Shown here piece by piece: positions 24,801 to 36,509 of a stretch of 64,000 bases of DNA (position 1 is its first letter; each line of letters opens with the position of its first letter). Below the pieces are notes generated by a model, which had not been told where the DNA came from, made no database searches, and worked only from the letters and a program-made list of their open reading frames with translations. Source of the DNA: Chlorokybus atmophyticus. Lineage: Eukaryota > Plantae > Mesostigma and Chlorokybus algae. The stretch covers positions 246,158 through 310,157 of the forward strand of contig RHPI01001428.1 of the NCBI GenBank assembly GCA_009103225.1. The letters are read 5' to 3'. The position numbers and the translations under genes were made by a program.

Positions 24801-27800
24801 GCAAGCACTCATTGCCGCGGAGGCAGAGGTGCGACGTCTTCAACAATTTTTGTCACGAACGTCTGCATTGCCATGCTGATGTGACTGGCCAATGTGCAGG
24901 TGTCAGAGCTGCAACTTGCACAGGAAGGTCAGAGCCAACTGCTGGGACAAGTCCAACATCTGTCAATTTCCTCACAGCAGCTCCAAGCGCAGTTGGCTGA
25001 GGCTCAGCAACAGCGCTTGCAAATGTCGACAGAAGTTGAGCAACTCTCTCAAGAACTGGCTGCATCAAAGCAGGCGCTTGCTGCTGCAGAAGCGCAGGTA
25101 AGGGCATTTTGCCTTCCCCGATCGGACCCATTGCTTCATGGCTGTGATCAATTATATTGCAGGCGACCGAGTTGCGTGGCATGCATGATGCTGACAACAA
25201 GGCGCTGGAGAAGGTTCAGCAATTGCAAGCACAGTTGCAGGCATCACAACAGGAGCAGCTGCGAAAGGTGAATGAAGTAGAGCAAATGAGTGAACAGCTG
25301 GTCACCCTCAAGCAAGCGCTCACTGACTTGGAAGCAAAGGTAACTTCGTGTGTCTGTGCTTGTGAGCTATGATATGGCAAAACTCAGTGTGCGGTCCAGT
25401 TCCTTCAATATCTATGGTTGTCCAGGCTGCACAAGCAGAGCAGAAGGCACGTGCGGAAAGCGGTAGCGCTGTGGCACGAGTGGAGAAGCAGTTGCAGGAT
25501 GAGCGCAGTTCTAGAGCACACCTTGAAGAACGTGCCAAGAAAGCACTGGCAGACAGGCGAGCATCGGAAACCAGGCTGAAAAAGCGGGTTAGCGAGTTGG
25601 AGTCCATCAAGACTGAAAGTGATGCATTGAGCGCACAGCTGAGTGCTGCCAAGCAAGCACTTTCAGCATCAGAAGCAAAGGTGTGAGTTCATGTACAAAA
25701 CAGTAGGCATTGGCATGTTGTGGTCATGTCTGCACAATTGGGAACGTTTCAGGTGTTGGAGCTGCAGCGCGCACAGGAAGTTGAAACCGAGCTGCTTCAG
25801 CAGGTCAAGCAACTGTCAGACTTGTCGCAGCAACTCCAAATACAGCTTGATGCAGCTCAGCAGGAGCGCTCACACATGTCAACTGAAGTTCAGCAACTTG
25901 CTGACCAGCTGGCTGCATCCCAGCAGGCCCTTGCTGCGGCAGAGGAACAGGTACTCATGGTTGCTCTAGCTACAGTTGGTGCACTCTGAAGCAAGCTTGT
26001 CAGTGCCCTGCCATGACAGCGACATTTGCAGGTGTTGGAGCTGCAGCGCGCACAGGAAGGCCAAAGCAAGCTGATTGAGCAAGTTGAGCGTCTATCGAAC
26101 TTGTCTCAGCAACGCCAGACACAGCTGGATGCAGCTCAGCAGGAGCGGTCATACATGTCAACTGAAGTTCAGCAACTTGCTGACCAGCTGGCTGCATCCC
26201 AGCAGGCCCTTGCTGCGGCACAGGCAGAGGTACCCATCGTTGCCTCTAGTCGCAAGATCGGTGCACCACAAAGCAAGCTTGTTAGTGCTTTGCCATGACA
26301 GTGGCATTTGCAGGTGTTGGAGCTGCAGCGTTTGCGGGAAGGCCAAAGCAAGCTGATTGAGCAAGTTGAGCGACTATCAAATTTGTCGCAGCAACTACAG
26401 GCGCAGCTCGACACAGCTCAGCAAGAGCGCACCGATGCATTGATGCAAGTTCAGCAAATTTCCCAAGATTTGGATGCATACAAGGAAGCTCTTGAAGCGT
26501 CTCAAGCCAAGGTCAACATGTGGTTGTGCTTTGCTGAACAAAGGTTTGTGCATATATCACACAGTAGCATAACTAGACAACCTGCAGGTGTCCGAGCTGC
26601 GGGATGCACAGGAAGGAAATCACAAGCTGCTTGAGCAGGTCGAGCAATATAGGGACTTGTCGCAACAAATCCAAGCACAGCTGGATGCCGCTCTGCAGGA
26701 GCACTCAAAAACAACATCTGAAGTTGAGCATCTTACTGAGCAGCTTGTTGTCACAAAGCATGCTCTCACGGAGCTGGAATTAAAGGTAAAACGATGCCTG
26801 GCTTGTTTTGTTTTTATGACCCAGGTGGTCGTATGTTTGGACGGTTCCAACGGAAGCTACTGGCCTGTGACAACACAACTGTTGCAGGCTGCGCATGCAG
26901 AGCAGAAGGCAAGAGAAGAAAGTGCAAAGTCCGTTGCGCGGTTGGAGAAGCAGCTGCAGGATGAGCGCAGCTCAAGAGCCCACCTTGAAGAACGTGCCAA
27001 GAAAGCTCTGGCCGACAGGCGAGCCTCAGAGAACAGGTTGAAAAAACGAGTCATTGAGCTAGAGGCCACGAAAGCTGACAGTGATGCGTTAAGTACTCAG
27101 CTGAACGCTGCCATTGAAGCCCTGGCAAGTGCTGAAGCAAAGGTACGCAGGCTGTTTGTATAGACTATCAAGATTGTACAAATCAAGTCTTAGGCATGTT
27201 GTGTGATGGGCAGGTGTCAGACCTGCAGCATGCACAGGAAGGACAAGGCGAGTTGCTTCTGCAAGTCAGAAGTCTATCTGACTTGTCGCAGCAACTCCAA
27301 GCAAAGTTGGATGCAGTTCAGCAGGAGCACTCACAGACATCAACAGAAGTTGAGCAGCTTACGCGGAGATTGTACGCATCACAGCAAGCCCTAGCGGCTG
27401 CAGAGGCGAAGGTAACTGTGCAGTATCAATCTCATCTGCAACGGAGGTATCTATTGTGCTTGTTTCTAGAAGTGGTTGTTTCAGGCGTCTGAGCTGCAGC
27501 GACTTCAAGATGTCCACAAGAAGGCGTTGGAGGATGTAGATCAACTGCAAGTGCAGTTGCGTCAATCTCAACAGGAGCAGTTGCGCACATCCGGTGAAGT
27601 TGAGCGATTGGTAGAGCAGCTGGTTGCCGTCAAGGAAGCCTTTCTGAACTCAGAAGAAAAGGTAGATTCAGTTCGGTTTCTGTTGCTGAGAGCTGGTTGT
27701 GGGCATTATGCCAGTTGTTCTCAATTGCAAGTGTTCTAGGTGCACGCACAGCAAAAGGCACAAGAAAAGCATGCAAGCATGACAGCACGACTCGAGAAAG

Positions 27801-30569
27801 AACTGCAGGATGAGCGAACCTTGAGAACAGACCTTGCAGAGCGCTTCAAGGTTACGAAAGACGAGGGTGATGCATTACAAGAACAGCTGGCCGCTGCCAA
27901 TGACGCTTTAGCTGAGTCAGAAGCAAAGGTAAATAGTGATCAAGTTTGGCTTCATGTGACATTTCATGTCGATCATGCTGATGCATCTTCCTGCAGGTGT
28001 TGAATCTACAACTTGCACAGGAAGAACAAATTAAGCTGTTTGAGCAAGTCGAGCAACTTGCAGACTTGTCACAGCGACAAAAAGCACAGCTAGATGCAGC
28101 TCAGCAGGAGGGGGCACGGGCCTTCACTGAAGTTTCACGACTTACTGAACAGCTGGCGGCGTCGCAGCAGGCCCTCGCTGCTGCACAAGCGCAAGTAAGT
28201 GGTTGTTGCCAGTCCAGTGAGACAAAGGCAGCGGGCTTTTTAAGCACTGCTTCTTTTGTTTTGATATTTTTCTCGCAGGCCTCTGAGCTGCAGTATGCGG
28301 AAGAATCCCAACATGCCATGGTGGAAAGCAATAAGCAGCTTCAAGCGCAATTGATTGAGTCCCAACGTGAGCAGTTACGGTTGTCCACTGCGGTGGAGCA
28401 GCTGACTGAGCAGCTGGCTGCTGCCAAAGAAGCTCTCACTTACCTGAAGGCCAAGGTAGATGGCTATCCTGGTTGAAGTCACGACTGTGTGATAGGAGAG
28501 CTAGCTAGGCTAGGTGCGTTTGCAGCGGCTGTAATGTCCACCTAACTTGCAAACACTCCTCAGGCCTCACAAGAGCAAACTGTCCGAGAAGCGAGTGCAG
28601 ATACCTTGGCCCGCTTGGAGAAGCAACTGCTAGACGAGCGCACTGCAAAAGCGCATCTAGAAGAACAAGCAACCTCCCTCACAAACCAGAGTGGCGCATT
28701 GAGCGCACAGCTGATTGCTGCCAGTAAAGCGCTGGCAGCGTCAGAGGCAAAGGTACATATGTGACTACGTTAAGAGAACGCAAATAAGAAGCAGCAGGCC
28801 TATTTGACCAATACACTATGGTCAACCTACAGGTGTCTGAGCTGCAGCTGGCGCAGCAAGGTCAAATCGAATATGCCAAAGAGGTGCAGCGTTTATCAAT
28901 TATGTCACAGCAACTCCAGGAGCAGTTGGATGCGGCTCAACAAGCATTGGCACGACAGGTATACCATGCCGCTAATGTTGCCCAAACATGCGCACAAGCA
29001 TGCCACAATCTTGCCACAGCTGCCAAGCTTGTGCAGGTGTCTGAGGCTGCTAGAGATCGCAAGGCTGTGGAGGACAGCGCCAGTGAAGCTGTCGTTCACC
29101 GTGACCAGCAGCTTGCGCGGCTGCAGCAACAGGTGTTGGATCTCAGTCAAGACATTGCAGACAAGCTGCGAATGCTGGACGCTCAGGAGGTAGAGCTGCA
29201 GCAAGCAAATGATGACCAGCGCAGACTGCAGGACGAGGTTCACCTTCTTTCAGACCTGACCAAACAAATGCAAGAACAGTTAAACACAATGCAGCAAGAG
29301 CGCTCGCTGGCAGCATCTGAAGTTGAGCAACTGCGATCAGTACACAATGAAGCGGATCGTCGCATCCGTGGTCTTGAAGATGAGAGAACTGACCTGGAAG
29401 CGCGACTGTCTGCTGTAGATGAGCTGCGAGTGCAATTCCTTCAACTTAAGCAAAAGAACCTGGAACTGCACGATATGGTGGGCAGTTTGCATTCCAGCAA
29501 ACAAGAGCAGGAACACCGGCTTCAGCTGGAGCTGGAGCGCAAGTCCCGTGAATACGATGCTCTCGCTGCCACATTGGACAATCAACTGCGAGAAATGGAG
29601 TCGTTCAAAGCATCAAGCCAACTTGCGGATGAGTTAAGCACATCACTTGAAGCACGCACTCGAGAGGCAGAAGACCTGCGCAACCGCTGCAAGGAGTTGC
29701 AGGACCAGGCGGAAGATCTTCAAGTCAGACTGCAAGAAGCAAGCTTGCTGCAGGAGAAGAACATGCCGAGCTCAGCAGGAGAAGAGCAATTGCAAAATGC
29801 GCTGCAACAGTTGCGAGAACTGCAGGAAAAGCATGAAGCTTTACAGCGATTGTCTCAACATCCAGTAACAACAGCAGTTATTCCGTACGATGCATCGAAG
29901 ACAGAGGCTGTTGAAGTTGCCTTTATGGATGCTCAGGTACTGTTGTGCCTTTGTGCATTGCACTAGCCTTGTCTAGTCGACTTATACGCTGATTGCTGTA
30001 CTTGTCAGAAGGCGGCGGCACGCGAGCTGGCCAAAAAGCAGGCAGAAGTGGATGCTTTAGGGGCGGAAGTTGCAACCGTCAAACGCACACTTCACAATGA
30101 GCGCAAGGCAAAGGCATGCTTGTCGCACAGTTGCTTATTCTTTGCTTCGAAGTGCGATGTTAGAACTGCAACATCAGTTGTATCTCGTTATGCTTGATTT
30201 GACAACCATGTGCGCTTACAGGAAGAAGCAGAAGGGCTGTATGCGGCATTGATCGCGCGACAGTCTACAAGGCCCATGGTATCCACAAGCAAGAAGGACG
30301 AGGACTCCCGCTTGCTGCCGATGACAGCGTATGATGTCGAAGCTGGAAGCAGCATCTTTGCTGAGCCCAGGCAACAGCAGTTTCGTTCACTGGCGTCTGC
30401 GTTGAGGGCAAGTCGCGTAACAGTGCTGCATAATGTGCACCTGCTGAAGCTGGCGCAAGCCATTGATGTTGTCAGCATTCAGCTCAACTCGCGCCCATTC
30501 GCGCGGTTGCTGGCTACCTTTTACATCATTGTTGTGCATGCGTTGTTGACAGTTGCCAGGCTGGCTTAG
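21846..30569 (+). CDS. Very long coiled-coil protein with C-terminal TM anchor (TNO1/golgin-like), ~25 exons, ~2,045 aa
   Basis: N-terminus MSSMDAKRLEQAAAGKRK|LEEFRLKK; Q/E/L/A-rich heptads; C-terminus QQQFRSL...RPFARLLATFYIIVVHALLTVARLA*. Hand-spliced exon lengths sum to 6,138 nt in frame. Confidence 0.75.
24094..28958 (+). repeat. Array of 18 paralogous phase-0 exons (10 x 198 bp, 3 x 177, 2 x 255, 2 x 189, 1 x 126)
   Basis: 198-bp exons start at 24094, 24362, 24631, 24900, 25753, 26032, 26314, 26588, 27214, 27997; 177-bp at 25163, 27485, 28279; 255-bp at 25426, 26888; 189-bp at 27740, 28564; 126-bp at 28833. Confidence 0.9.
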
Positions 30570-31981
30570 ATGTCTGCAGTTGTGCTAGCTCTTGCTTTTT
30601 GGTTGTATTGCGGAGAAAAGATTGCCGTGCGCTAAGCATGCGCATTGGCAGGTCGGGTCTGCCTTATCATGTGATAATTGTGGTGCTATGTGATTCTACA
30701 AAACAGTGCCAACAACCTCCATCCTGTGAACCCATGCGAAATGATGAGTGCTGAAATCTTTGCAGCAAATGTCTCGCACTGCGCGTGTGGGGCATTGCAG
30801 CAGCCAAAGAACACAAAGTTTAGGTCTCTTAAGCTTCCAACAGATGTGTGGTGTGGATATAACTATAGAGTGTCTCATTTGCAAGGACATTATCACAAAG
30901 CTGCATATCTGCTTGCGCAGCTCTGACTTTGATTACATACATTGCATTCATATATTGGCTGACCAATGTGACAACCATACATTATATGTGTGATTTGAAT
31001 GGCATACTGTGCGATATAGTCGTGTTAGACATGACTTGCAGCCGATTTGAGGGTGAGGGCGCGCATGCGATGCCGGACTCAAGCCGCTGCCACAATTAGC
31101 ACTGCCCACTTCGGCACTGGCTGCTGCGTCGCGATGTGCGTTACAGGTGGGGATCATGCAAGCTTTACACGCTGTCTCTGAATGCCTCCCTTGCCAAAGG
31201 AGTACTACTTGCTATCAATTTTGCTTGCCGGCTTGGTTGTTTTTTATTTGCAAAGACTTAGCTGTTAGGGGCTTGGGCTAGCCGAAAGCGGTGTGTACAA
31301 CACATATTGTATTTCCATTGCCGTTGTTTGCTTGCTTATTGTTCAAAGCCTCTTACTCTTGTTCTGCTATGTTCTTTTATGCGTGCGTGCGCGCGCGTGC
31401 GCATGTATGTATTCATGTGTTATGCAAGCAAGCTTGCATAGTATGTGTTGCGAGTCTCAGCTTACGGATAGTCGATAATTACTGCTTAACAAGTTGCCAT
31501 TGTTACTTAACTCTAATGTTAAGATGCAAATTAAATTAAAATATTACATACAATTACTTATGATGATGTTGTACAGACATGTACATTGCACATGTGATGT
31601 GAAATATTCATTGAGTACGCATGCGTAGGGTATGCATCGTGCTTATATAAAGAATTATGTCATAACTCAACATATGTTTGTAATTGGCACATATATCCCT
31701 TCAATAAATGTGAAGCCTCTGTAATACACATATGCATGAGTTACAGCTGCAATTCTAATACTTGCAATTAACTAAAATTGTTTCGATGTCAAGCAAAAAT
31801 ATGCATTTGAGGAAAGGGGGAAGGGGGGGGGGGGGGAGACATGACATGACCGGGATGAGAGAGCGTCTAGAGTTGCCAACATCCGGCATGCTTTCTTCGC
31901 GGGGAGGGCTGAAGCACGAAAAGCCGAGTCAGCTGCACTTTTTCGCGGGCAGATGCTGGCGTGGCAACAACCCGCAAGGAC

Positions 31982-34950
31982 ATGAGCGGCGAGGCGGCGG
32001 CAGCGGCGGGGGGGCTGCTGCTGGCGTGGGCATTGCCGCTGCGCTCGCCGCAGACAGCACCGCTGAGGTTGCCCAAGCTCATAAACAGGAAACTGCGCCC
32101 GACTGGCGCGAACCACAGGCGCAGCAACAAGGCCACAGTCGTCTTCGCCGCCTCGACTCAGGGGCGTCCTGCAAGCGCCTACCAGGCCGTGCACTTCGTG
32201 GGCATAGGCGGAGTTGGTCTATCTGCTCTAGCCAGACTTGCCCTAAGCAAGGTGCTGCTTGTATGCAGCGGATCCTGCCTTGCCTCACACCGCCAGCTTG
32301 GGCCATGCAGCAATGCATGTTACCTGTACAACTGCGCAATGCCCCAACATTTCGTTGCCAGTACCCCTACTCGCATAATGCGATCACAGTTTGATCTCAC
32401 TTGGCGGCACACCACTCTGATTCTCACATAAGACTACTGTCTTTGGCACGCTCACTGTCTTCGACAGTAAATGTGTCGAAGACAGTAGCTCGTAAGAGTA
32501 GCTTGACAGCGCCCAAACTGCTTCTTGTCCTTACTTGCTGTGCTGCTGCGTAGAGTTCATTCTGAGCTCGAGTTTATAGCTTGACATGCAGCTGCTAATG
32601 CATGTGGCATTGATCCTGTATGTTGCGCAGGGATGCCGGGTTAGCGGTTCAGACGCGACCGACAGCAAGATTCTGCAGCAGCTTCAGAAGGAGGGAGCTG
32701 TGGTGCACATAGGGCACTCCCCCTTGCAATTGACTGGCGAGAAAGGGCTGCCGGATGCTGTTGTGGTAACGAGCGCTGTACGGGGGACCAACCTTGAGAT
32801 CCTGGCCGCAAAGGCACTGGGCATACCCGTCTTCAAACGCAATGACTGGCTTAAGGTTGTCACTGCAGACTACGAGCTGCTGGCTGTCGCCGGCACACAT
32901 GGTGCGCATGTGGTTTGGTGTCATAACTTTGCGTTTCTGCATGCACAGTTCTTGAAAATTGACCTGTGTTAGAGTCATTGTCGTGTGATGGGCATGCTGT
33001 TTGTGTGCATGTTATGATGCCTCACGTGTTGCCGTTACACAGTGCTGTGACGTTGTGCTATTCGGTTATCATCAGGCAAGACCACCACCTCTGCGATGCT
33101 CTCGGTCGCCTTGCTGGAGTTGGGTGAAAGCATAACAGCTCTGTTGGGAGGAGAAGTGAGTCAATTCCCCAACGATGGCAACTTTGTAGCCGGCAAGAGC
33201 TCCACCTTTGTCATAGAAGCAGACGAGTATGACGGCGCCTTCCTCGGCCTGTCGCCCTCGCTGGCGATCATAACTAATGTGGAGCTGGACCACGTGGACC
33301 TGTTCCCCACCCAACAGGCTGTCGACTCGCTGTTTACTGCTTTCGCACAGCGCGTGCGCTCTGGTGGCACTCTCATCCTGTGCGACGAGAACCCGGGCAG
33401 CGCCCGACTACGCACTGTCTTCGACAATGACCCCATCCTTCAGGTCAGCACATGAGCGTGCATGCATGCATGCGTGCATGAAGAAGCTATGTGGACTGCG
33501 TGTTCAGTAGCAAGCCGACATGTTGACAATTGCACACCTTATGCCAAGGCGATAGACTTGGAGCTGGGTCAGATGAGCACGAGTGAAGACGCTTTGGATG
33601 ATGGCATGTTGGCCACAATCAAGAAGCCTCCCGTACGGCTGGCAAGCCACCGGTCTGTTGTCACGTATGGTCTCAAGCGATCAAGTGACTGGCAAGCAGT
33701 CAACATAAACCCGAATCCGGAGGGCGGTACAGACTACACAGCAGTGTGGAAAAGACGGCCCATTGGGCGAGTTCGTTTGCAGGTAAGGCGCTGAACTCAT
33801 TGTATGTGCACTTCAACAACACAACAACATGTCTTACTAAACTGGACGCAACAACCCATGACAATATGCAGGTTCCTGGCCTGCACAACGTGCTCAACTC
33901 TTTGGCCGTCATCGCGGCTGTTTCGCTGCTGGCATCAGAAAAGGCACTGCGTGAAGCATGGTTGAAAGGTGAAGACCCTGAGGTGGCGGATGAGTTAGCG
34001 GCTCACACAATCACGGAACGTGCCAAGGACTGCGCGCGTGCACTTTACGTGTTTAGTGGCGTAGCCAGACGCTTTGAGATAAAAGATAACAACGCGTTCT
34101 GCACCATCATCGACGACTATGCACATCATCCCACGGAGGTGTGCTCTCGCCACTCAACAGAGCACGTTGGCAGCTCTGTGTGATGTGACTCATCAATGCC
34201 ATGTTTCAGGTGCAAGCGCTGCTTCAAGGAGCTCGCCAGCGGTTCCCGGATCGCCCATTGTGGGTTGTGTTTCAGCCGCACACATTCAGGTGCGCATAGT
34301 ACTCTCAAGCCTACAAGTAAGGAGACGGTTATCCTCCTGTGTCACCAGTCATGTACATTGCGTTGGCAAGTTGCTAACGGACGCGTGGTGCTCAACACAG
34401 CCGCCTTGCACAGTTCTTGCAGGAGTTTGCGGCTTCATTCTCTGGAGCAAATCGTCTTGTAGTTAGCAAAGTGAGTCTATGTCCTGTCAAATCTGCTGTT
34501 TGCATGCGGGACATTCGAGAAACACAGCACAACGTATGGTATAGGTGTATGCAGCGCGCGAGAAGGATGTATATGGCATCTCAGGGCAGGACTTGGTGAG
34601 GGCTGTGTCGGACCCCCCGGCATTGTACATTCCAGACCAGGTAAGGTACCAGTTTGCACGCGTGAAAGCCAAGCACACAACCTCCAACCACGCTTTGTCT
34701 CTTCATCAGGATGACATAACACAGCGGTTGGTCACCGATTTAAAGTGGGAAAGCAGCGTCCCAGAGAACCCGCGCCCTGTTGTTATCACTGTTGGTGCTG
34801 GTGCGTACGGGTTTCATACTGATGTTCTGCTGGTTGGTAGGCTGAATGAGCGTAGTGTTTCAATTTTGCGGTGATTGTTGCACAGGTGACATTACTCTCC
34901 TCGGGCCTAAGCTAAAAGCTGCACTTGCAGACACGGTGCAGCAGCAATAA
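31982..34950 (+). CDS. murC: UDP-N-acetylmuramate--L-alanine ligase (plastid peptidoglycan synthesis) with N-terminal transit-like extension, ~10 exons
   Basis: HFVGIGGVGLSALA, VSGSD, AVAGTHG|KTTTS, VIEADEYDGAF, ITNVELDHVD, PGLHNVLN, GVARRF, IDDYAHHPTE, VFQPHTFSR and GAGDI assembled across GT-AG introns. The exon-4 acceptor is uncertain (33549 or 33573). Confidence 0.92.
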
Positions 34951-36509
34951 CGGATGCCGGTGTTGGCAGCGTCGTGTTACCACAGATACCTGTCTCACAA
35001 AACAGTGCGCAGATCGTTTCATTGTGCTCACACTAAGCGCTAGCATGTGATGTACCGGGACCACGCACGTAGTGTATAGAGCATAGCACAAGCAGACTTG
35101 AAGCAGGAAGTCAACCTGCATGGATGTCTGGCAGACTCCTCTGCTGCAACTGGGTGTCAGAAAAGCCGATCCTTGGATTCACCTGGGTCATTGCGTGCAT
35201 AACTTGCAAGCCGTGCACATGAGAGAGAGGCTCTGCTGTGAGACGCTCTGCTGAGAGACGCTCAGCTGTGCATGCTGAGTAGTGCAGACTCGCGGGTTGC
35301 AGTTGTGCAGCATACATGTCGGGTCTTCTACTCTATGTTGGTATTTTGAACTGCTTGCGCTGCACTGTGCACGAGCTTTGGCAGTGCTGTAGAATGCGAC
35401 GGCCGCATTTGTGTTGGACAGTGCCTTGGCCCAAGGCTAGACTAATGCGAATAATAACGCAGCTTAGTGCTTCGGTTGCATACTTCGCTTGATGCGTGAG
35501 CAGCAATTTCAGCTAGTGTTGTTGAGGGTTGATGCAAGAATGGTCATGGGAGCACTGCGGGACTTTGTTGGCATTGCTATGTTATACGGGTTATTTTCCC
35601 CCCAACCTTTTCCACATGGCTTTCAACCTATGTGTGCTTACAAGTGCTCACACGCCTTGAATGTCAGCTTGACATAGAGCCAAGTGCTCGGCACGCATAT
35701 GCTGTTTGAGATTTGCGTACACACGTCGGTTTGCTGTTACTGTCGCTGATCATGACAAGACCGGCCGCTAACCACAGCTGCGGTGCAGGTCACCAACCTG
35801 ACCATGCATGCATGCATGCATGACTAACGGGTCAGGTAGTGACGTAGTTCTAGTAGTAAATAATCGTAGCCGTGGTGGCTGGTGTAAGTTTGCATACAGC
35901 TTAGCAATTTGCACTCTCATAATATGAAGTGAGAGGGAGGAAAAGTACTATTCCCTTACCGTCCTAGCATGATTACACCAACGCGCTAATAGATTTGGAC
36001 CCTGCCCCACTAATGGTGCTGCTTGCTGTTGCTGACCTGCGGCACTTATGGTCAACAAGATGTAATGCACATGCAAGGCGCATACATCATCTTAAAATCA
36101 CACAGCGTGAACAAGATGGTAGTTTTGATCCCTATCCACATATGTACATACGCTCTATGCTGCTCTACAGTTCAGCGCACACACACGTCCACACGCCCAC
36201 ACCGCCATCAGTCTTGTTGCTGCACCTCACCTGCCTTCATGCTGCATGTTCCCGCCCTTATGTCTGCAGGTTCATAACATGCCATCAGTTTTTCTTATCT
36301 TCTACAAACAATCCGGTTGTGCTTGCAAGTGCCTCTTCCTACCACCCTACCACCAAAACAAACAATAAAACACTGAGTGCTTGTTTAGAATATTGCAAGT
36401 CTTCAATTAGAACAGCCTACATAGGGTGCATACACCTGTCAATGGCAAAGCAAGCTTGCTTTGCTATTGGTAAAGCAAACTTATTTAACCAAAATGGCTC
36501 ACTTGAAGT

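Noticed and set aside
24094-28958. Regularly spaced repeats as a CRISPR-like array
   Set aside because: The repeats are long coding exons bounded by AG/GT and the spacers are introns, in a eukaryotic context.
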